In this document: one piece after another, positions 53,073-64,000 of the stretch | Layout: each line of letters starts with the position of its first letter | Numbering within the stretch: position 1 is the first letter of the stretch | Assembly (NCBI RefSeq): GCF_009914755.1 | Contig: NC_060930.1 | DNA from: the human T2T-CHM13v2.0 reference genome, Homo sapiens | Length of the DNA stretch: 64,000 bases | Strand: one strand, 5' to 3' | Program-made: the position numbers and the translations under genes | The notes under the pieces: model-generated | The model's input: the letters and a program-made list of their open reading frames with translations, nothing else | What the model was told of the DNA's origin: nothing | The model's database searches: none

Positions 53073-53568
53073 CAGGGTCAGCAAACTATGTGGGTCGAAT
53101 CTGGCCAGCTGCCTGTCTTGTAAATAAAGTTTTATTAAAACATAGCCATGCTCATTTATCTATTTTCTTTTTTGAGACGGAGTCTCACTTTGTTGCCCAG
53201 GCTGGAGTGCAGTGGCTCGATCTCGGCTCACTACACCCTCCGCCTCCTGGATTCAGGTGATTCTCCTGCCTCAGCCTCCTAAGTAGCTGGAATTACAGGT
53301 GCCCACCACCATGCCTGGCTAATTTTTGTATTTTTAGTAGAGATAGGGTTTGACCATGTTGGCCAGGCTGGTCTTGGACTACTGACCTCAAGTGATCGGC
53401 CTGCCTCGGCCTCCCAAAGTGTTGGGATTACAGACACCATGCCCGGCTCATTTATGTATTTTCTGTGGCTACTTTTCTGCTCCAAAAGCAGAGTTGTGTG
53501 GTTGCAACAGAGACCATATGGCTGACAAGTTCAAAAATATTTACTACCTGGACTTTTACTGACCCCTG
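53073..53568. mobile_element. MER58A hAT element with an Alu (53163-53447, minus) inside
   Basis: TIRs cagggtcagc.../...ctgacccctg; 8-bp TSD gtttagat/gtttatat. Confidence 0.88.
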
Positions 53569-54086
53569 GTTTATATCATTTACGTTGAATGTAGTTATTG
53601 ATAGGTTTGGATTCAGATTTTTATTTCCTTTTCAGATTTTTATTTTATTTCTTTTCGGTTTATTTCCTCTAGTCTTTATTTCTTTATTATCCCTTTCCTG
53701 CCGTGGTTTAGATTATTTGAACATTTTTAGTTTTCCATCTGAATTGAACTCTAGAGTTTTAGTTATGTATGTATGTTTTAGTGGTTGCTCTAGAGATTAC
53801 AATGTACATACTTAACATTTCCCAGTCTAATTAGAATTAGTATTTTGTCATGTCAAGTGGAATGTAGAAACCTTATCACCACGTAGATCTTTTTATTCTT
53901 CCTCCTTTGTGTTTGAATATCTCTATTCATTTAGGGCTTTCATTTCTCTCAGAAATGTTTTGCAATGTTTAGCATAGGGATTGGGCACATTTTTTTCTTA
54001 GGTTTTTTTTTTTTAAGGTATTATAATTTGTTCCTAGATATTTATATGTTTGATATTATACGTGGTATTAAAATTTTTTTCATTTA

Positions 54087-54486
<400 letters not shown>

Positions 54487-54631
54487 TTATTTTATATTTT
54501 CTAAGTTTGTAGTCACGTTATTTACAAATAAATATACTTCTTCCTGTCCAATCTTTAGACCTTTCTTTTGTACAGGAGGAAAAATTGCTTCCTTCTTCAT
54601 TTCTAGGTTCTGTGGCTGGTCTAAGAATTAA

Positions 54632-55628
<997 letters not shown>

Positions 55629-55629
55629 G

Positions 55630-55830
55630 GTTCCTCCCCTTTTAAACCATATAAAGTAACTTCTGGGTTTGCCATGGCATTTGTAAACTGTCATGGTGCC
55701 AGTGAGAGTGTCTTTTAGCATGCTAGTGCATTATAATTAATGTATAACAAGCACTGAGAGCAACTAGAGGTTTTGCAGTTTCTTTACGGCATCCTCAGAA
55801 AACAAGTCCTGCTGACCTCATACCTTAGGA
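55630..55830 (-). mobile_element. ERV1 LTR fragment (LTR19-like)
   Basis: ttgccatggcatttgtaaactgtcatgg...tagcatgctagtgcattataatt; family from memory. Confidence 0.45.
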
Positions 55831-56172
55831 ATGCCATCTCTGCATTTCCAAAGGCGTCAGTGTAGTCTTTTGTAGGCTGCAGTCTTTTGTAGGCAAGGGA
55901 TAGGCAGATGCTCCTAAACTATAAATGCCTGTGCGCGTATTAAAAACAGATACTTCTTTGGTGAGACTACTGAAAAAACAGTGCTCTTTGATCTGGACTA
56001 TTGTAGACCTTCTCTTACCTAATACACTCCACCTGGGGAGATACATTCCTTCATCTGTTTTTTGTTAAAGGCTTTTAATAACTTTTAGTAAAACTACCCA
56101 ATATATGCATGGAAGAAACCTGCAATTTCACCCCTAAATACATAAAAATAAATTTTTTAAAAAAGTTATTGA

Positions 56173-56480
56173 GGCCAGGTGTGGTAGCTCATGCCTGTAA
56201 TTGTAGCACTTTGGGAGGCCAAGACAGGAGAATTGCTTGAGCCCAGGAGCTTGAGAGCAGCTTGGGCAACATGATGAGACCCCCGTCTCTACAAAAAAAA
56301 AAAAAAAAAAAAAATTAGCCAGGCATGGTGGCACGTGTCTGTGGTCCTAGCTACTCAGGAGGCTAAGGTGGGAGGATCACTTGAGCCCAGGAGGTCAAGG
56401 CTGCAGTGAGCTGTGATCATGTCACTGCATTCCAGCTTGAGTGAAAGAGCAAGACCCCCATCTCAAAAACAAAACAAAAA
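56173..56480 (+). mobile_element. AluJ-like
   Basis: J diagnostics; long middle A run. Confidence 0.92.
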
Positions 56481-56627
56481 ACTTTTGGTAATGAACTATA
56501 AACGACCCTAATAGGAAAAACACATTAAGTCATTACCAGCTTGTAACACCATTCTGTGACTTCATTGACACGTTATTATGTATTTGTCACTTAGCTTTCT
56601 AATGACCCTGCACAATTTTGTTGGCAG

Positions 56628-56773
56628 AACAGGTGGAGAGGTATGAAGAACGAGGAACACTGCCCGGGGAGTTTCTTCCTCTGCAAAATAAGGGAGTGTG
56701 TACTGAATTACCGTTTCCAGCTCCAACATCCAGGATTTCAGCACTACCTGCAGAGTAGTGGGAGGAGAGATAG
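56628..56773 (+). other. Candidate 146-nt internal exon (likely of the transcript from the 31-kb promoter)
   Basis: Branch-like ctaat 56599-56603, ttttgttggcag acceptor, AG|GTAAGA donor; one open frame NRWRGMKNEEHCPGSFFLCK...GRRD. Confidence 0.55.
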
Positions 56774-57345
56774 GTAAGAAGTTAAAAAGAGACCTGATGG
56801 AATACGTGGCATCCTGGTACTGCTGGGGTCCATCCCCACACCTCATGCTCATGAGAGGGAGACAAGCTTCTTGGAGCTCCTCCTCATCTACAGGGCTCTC
56901 CTCACAGGGCCTGGAAGTTCTGCCCCAGCCCTGTGGGGATTTTCTAGAGTCATTTGCCTCTCTTTAAAGCCTTGGCAGAGGGAGCCGGTGTGGGGAAGGG
57001 GTGGTAACGTAGATGGCAATGCTTGTCAGAACATATTAGAGCCCTCTTCCACGCTCTGCAGCCCCTGGGCCTAGGGCTAGCATTATTCTCCCCTTTTATA
57101 GCCATCTGTTGATTTCACCTTATCTCGCACTAAGCAATGGGCTTCTTGTGGGCAGGTGCTCTCTCTCACCCATCTTATTTCTCTCTGGCTCTTTCATGGG
57201 GCCTGCTGCATGGTAAGCGCTCAGTGTTCAGTGAGTGAATGGACAGGAAGGGGCAGGGAAGTGAATCAAATCTCCTCAGGTTGAGACATCAGCACCATCT
57301 GTGATCCTTTCCTCATTTGGACCTTCACATGCAATTAGGCTCTAA

Positions 57346-57654
<309 letters not shown>

Positions 57655-57979
57655 TAAAATCTGGTGATTTTTATTTCCCTGTGTCTGTTTCTACGGCTGC
57701 CTCCCTAAGTTCTTTCTCTGTTGGGTAGTGGGCTTCGGCCTAGCTTTCTCATCACCGCCACACCCTTCCTTACCCATCCTGTACAGACAGATAGATTTTT
57801 CTAATGTACATTTTCAGCATATCTCTGGGCTGCTCAGACCATTTCCTCAACTCGACATCCAAATTAATCAGCTCACTCTTCCATGTCTTACCATCCTATC
57901 CGTCCTTCTAATAAATACATCCTGAGCTTCTGGGGAGGAGGTCTCATCTCAGATTCTCTGCCCAAGCCAGATGGTTTCA

Positions 57980-58683
<704 letters not shown>

Positions 58684-59227
58684 GAGTCTACAGAGCCTTT
58701 CTTGGAAACTAGTGTGGAAAGAGAAGAGCAGCATGAAAAGCCGAGGCCCTGACAGCCTGATGTCCCGCTCCCTCCTTCACAGCTCTGTGCCCAGGGCCTG
58801 CCTGATGTGCAGTGCTGCAGAGAATCCAGCACACTCTGCTCATGTATGTGCCCGGGCATGTTTTCTTTCTTGGCTACCTCTTTAGTCATTTGTTATGTGT
58901 TATGAAGAAATAAACTCCCAGCAAAATAATGTCTTTTGCACAGTCTTAAAGTGATCCATTACCTAAGATCATCATAGATGATTGTGAATTGGGTTGACCT
59001 GAAATCACCTAAGACCAGGGCAGGTTGACCAGAGATGAAGATGGAACATGGTATGTTGGGAACTGTTGAGTACTGTGCCCTTCTTACTAGGGCATGTAGT
59101 TTAAGTACTGTGAAACTCAAAACATTTTATTTTTCTTATTGCAAAAGTAATACAGAATTGTTCTAAAGCGTTTAGAAAATACAGACAAGCAAAAATAAAA
59201 ATCTGCCATAATTCCACCATATTCTAG

Positions 59228-59506
<279 letters not shown>

Positions 59507-59822
59507 AAAAAAAAAAAAAATTCAATATTATTATTGATAAGTAGGGATTTACTCCTACCATTTTGTTATTTGTTTTCTGGTTGTTTTGCCATCTTCTCTT
59601 CCTTCTTTCCTTCCTGTCTTTCTTTTAGTGCAGGTGATTTTCTCTGGTGATGTGCTTCATTTTTTTGCTTTTTACTTTTTGTATATCCATTGTATGTTTT
59701 TTGATTTGAAGTTACCATGAGGCTTGCAAATACTATCTTATAGCCCATTATTTTAAACTGATGACAACACTTACTGCATAAACAAACATGCAAATAAATA
59801 CTAATATAAACTCTACAGTTTA

Positions 59823-60448
<626 letters not shown>

Positions 60449-60734
60449 ATCCCCCTGCTTTTTAACTTTTTGTTATTTTCCTTTATGGCTTATTGTACTG
60501 TCTATGCCTTGAAAAGTTGTAGTTATTTTTGATTGGTTCATCATTTGGTCTTTCTACTTAAGATGAGTAGTTTATGCATCACAATTTCAGCGTTATATTA
60601 TTCTGTTTTTCTATGTGCCTACTATTCCCAGTGAGTTTTGTACCTTCAGATGATTCCTTTTGCTCATTAATGTCTTTTTTGATTGAAGAAATCCCTTTAG
60701 CATTTGTTACAGGACAAGTATGGTGTTGATGTAA

Positions 60735-61140
<406 letters not shown>

Positions 61141-61455
61141 TTAGCACTTTAAATATGTCATGCCATTCTCCCCTGACCTGTAATGTTTCCACTGAAAAGT
61201 CTGCTGCCAGACTGGAGCTCCACTGTATGTTACTGTTTTTTTTTTTGTAGTTGTTGTTTGTTTGTTTTTCTTGCTTCTTTTAGGATCCTTTCTTTATCCT
61301 TGATCTTTGGGAGTTAGATTATTAAATACCTTGAAGTAGTCTTCTTTTGGTTAAATCTGCTTGGTGTTCTGTAACCTTCTTGTATTTGAATGTTCTTTCT
61401 GTAGGTTTGGGAAGTTCTCTGATACTATCCCTTTGAATAAACATTCTACCACTAG

Positions 61456-61844
<389 letters not shown>

Positions 61845-63589
61845 TTTTATTCTGTTTTCTTTTGTCTCTGTGTTATCTGACTGTGTATTTTCAAATAGCC
61901 TGTCTTCAAGCTCACTAATTCTTCTGCTTGATTAATTCTGCTATTAAGAGACGGACGCATTCTTCAGCATGTCAATTGCATTTTTCAACTCTAGAATTTC
62001 TCGATTCTTTTAAATTATTTCATTCTCTTTGTTAAATTTATCTGATAGAATTCTGAATTCCTTCTCTGTGTTATTTTGAATTTCTTTGTTTCCTCAAAAC
62101 AGCTATTTTGAATTCTGTCTTTAAGGTCATATTTCTCTGTTTATTCAGGATTGGTCCCTGCTGACTTACATAGTTCATGTGGGGAGGTTGTGTTTTCCTG
62201 GATGGTGCAGATGCTTGCAGATGTTCGTTGGTGTCTGCATTGGAGAATTAGGTATTTATTGTAGTCTTCACAATCTGGGCTTGTTTGTGCCCATCCTCCT
62301 TGGGAAGGCTTCCCAGTTATTTGAAGGGACTTAGGCCCCAAGCCCAATAATGTAGTTGTTTTTGCAGACTCAGAAAGATCCCACCTTGGTGGTCCTGGAT
62401 AAAATCCAGAAAAATTCTCTGGATTACCAGGCAGAGACTCTTCTTCTTTTCCCTTATTTTTTGCCAAACACATGGGTTTCTCACTCTGTGATGAGCCACT
62501 TGGAATTGGGAGTGTGGTGATGCAAGCACCCCCGTGGCCATCACCACTGGGACTGCACTGGGTCAGACCTGAAGTCAGCACAGCACCGGGCCTTCCCAAG
62601 ACCCTTCCCTTCAGGGCAGCGAGTTCCCCCAGGCCCTGGGCATGTCCAGAGATGCTGTCTGGGAGCCAGGGATAGCAATAAAAAACCTTAGCAATTTACT
62701 TGATGTTCTAGTCTACTGTGGCTAAGCTGGCACTCAAACCACAATACAAAGTCCTTCTCACGTTTCCCTGCCCTTTCCACAGGGAGAGGAGCCTCTCCAT
62801 GTGGCCACCACCACCACTGGTCCACAGTGGGTTCTGCCAGGCAACCGCTGATGTTCACCTAAAGCCCAAGGACTCATCTGTCAGCTTGTGGTGAATGTTA
62901 CCAGGCCTGGGACTCACCCTTCAGGGCAGTGGGTACCCCTCTGGCCCAGGGCAGGTCCAGAAATGTCCAAGCGCCTAGGCTTGGACTTGGAGACTCCAGG
63001 AGCCTGCTTGTTGCTCTACCTCACTGTGGCCTAGGTGGTACCTAGGAGCACAGAGCACTTCAGCCCACGGTGGTGGAGCCTGCCGAGAAACTCAGGTTCC
63101 AGCCGTTGGGATGGGCAGTTCCCCCCTGGCTAGGGCTGGTGCAAATGTTCCCTCCATGCACAGGCACTGGCTGAGTCCAGCGCAGCTTTATTCTCTTCTG
63201 TGACATGGCAGCACTGAGTTCAGTGTGAAGTCCCCTAGTTGCTGTGCTCTCCCTTTCCCAAAGTGCACAGATCATCTCTCTGTTCCATATGGCTGCTGCC
63301 GGGGGTGGGAGAGGGGTGGCGTCAGTGATTCAAGACTGTCTCTCTGAGCCTCTTCAATGGCCCTTTTAGCGATATGAGGTTAAAACCAGGTACTGTGATC
63401 GCTTACCTGACTTTTGGTTCTTGTGACGGTGCTTTTTTGCAAGCAGACAGTTGTTAAAATTTGATGTTCCAGCAAGGGCATGAATTGTGCTCTACCTTCT
63501 CTACTATAGATTTTTTAAAGTCTGCATAATTTTGCATTTTATGCATGTGCCATACTGTATTTGACCAGCCTTCAGCTGTTCAATGTGAG

Positions 63590-63900
63590 GGGCTATGGTT
63601 TGAATGTTTGTGTCCCTCCAAAGTTGATACACTAAAAGCTAATACCCAATGGGATAGGTTTAAGAGGTGGGGCTTTTGGGGAAGTGATTAAGTCATGAGT
63701 GCTCTGCTCTCATGAGTGGGATTAGTGCCCTTATCAAAGAAGCTCAAGGGCCCCTTTGCCCTTTTTCCCTTTACACCATATGAAGATACAGCCTTTGTCC
63801 CTTCAACCATGTGAGGACGCAGCAGCAAGGTGCCATCTTGGCATCTGCTGGTGCCTTGATCTTAGACTTCCCAGACACCAGAACTATGAGAAGTCAACTT
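63590..63900 (+). mobile_element. MaLR LTR (MST-like)
   Basis: gctatggtttgaatgtttgtgtccctcc...gaggtggggcttttgggg...gccttgatcttagacttcccag. Confidence 0.8.
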
Positions 63901-63904
63901 ATAT

Positions 63905-64000
63905 TATTATTTTTTCTTTTTTCTTTTTTTGAGACAGAGTTTTGCTCTTTTTGCCCAGGCTGGAGTGCAATGGCGCAATCTTGGCTCACTGCAGTCTCTG
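63905..64000 (-). mobile_element. Alu (cut by window edge)
   Basis: T tail and right-arm start. Confidence 0.9.

Noticed and set aside
55861-55894. 17-bp tandem duplication tg(t/c)agtcttttgtaggc
   Set aside because: Ordinary micro-duplication with no sign of function; a similar one lies at ~2266-2300.
62141-62599. 152-aa minus-strand ORF
   Set aside because: Lies in decayed L1 5'UTR/ORF1 sequence.

Overview
Human/great-ape type genomic DNA, dense in interspersed repeats: roughly 65 Alu pieces (about 28-30% of the window by eye), plus old L1, L2, MIR, MaLR, hAT and ERV1 LTR relics. Main landmarks: (1) an intronless OSTC/DC2 retrocopy with an intact 149-aa ORF, poly(A) remnant and 16-bp TSD, nested in an LTR8-type solo LTR (2.1-4.2 kb, minus strand); (2) an enhancer-like motif cluster at ~14.9 kb; (3) a decayed RPL29 processed pseudogene at ~22 kb; (4) an LTR12-family solo LTR 1.4 kb upstream of a CpG-island promoter at ~31 kb; (5) an 8.8-kb HERV-H provirus (41783-50626, minus) with type-II (LTR7B-like) LTRs, a tRNA-Phe-like primer-binding site, a full-length but disrupted env, an RT-core deletion and two AluY insertions; (6) a candidate 146-nt plus-strand exon at 56628-56773. 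From memory, not verifiable here, this resembles the 6q25.3 OSTCP1/OSTCL - C6orf99/LINC02901 region near EZR. No tRNA, rRNA, snRNA or CRISPR array was seen, and most ORFs in the six-frame track are Alu or low-complexity artefacts. I found nothing I can show to be a new biological system. The best leads are the intact retrocopy and its possible promoters, and the Phe-primed env-containing HERV-H. Repeat subfamily names come from remembered consensus sequences, and repeat boundaries are approximate unless a TSD is given.
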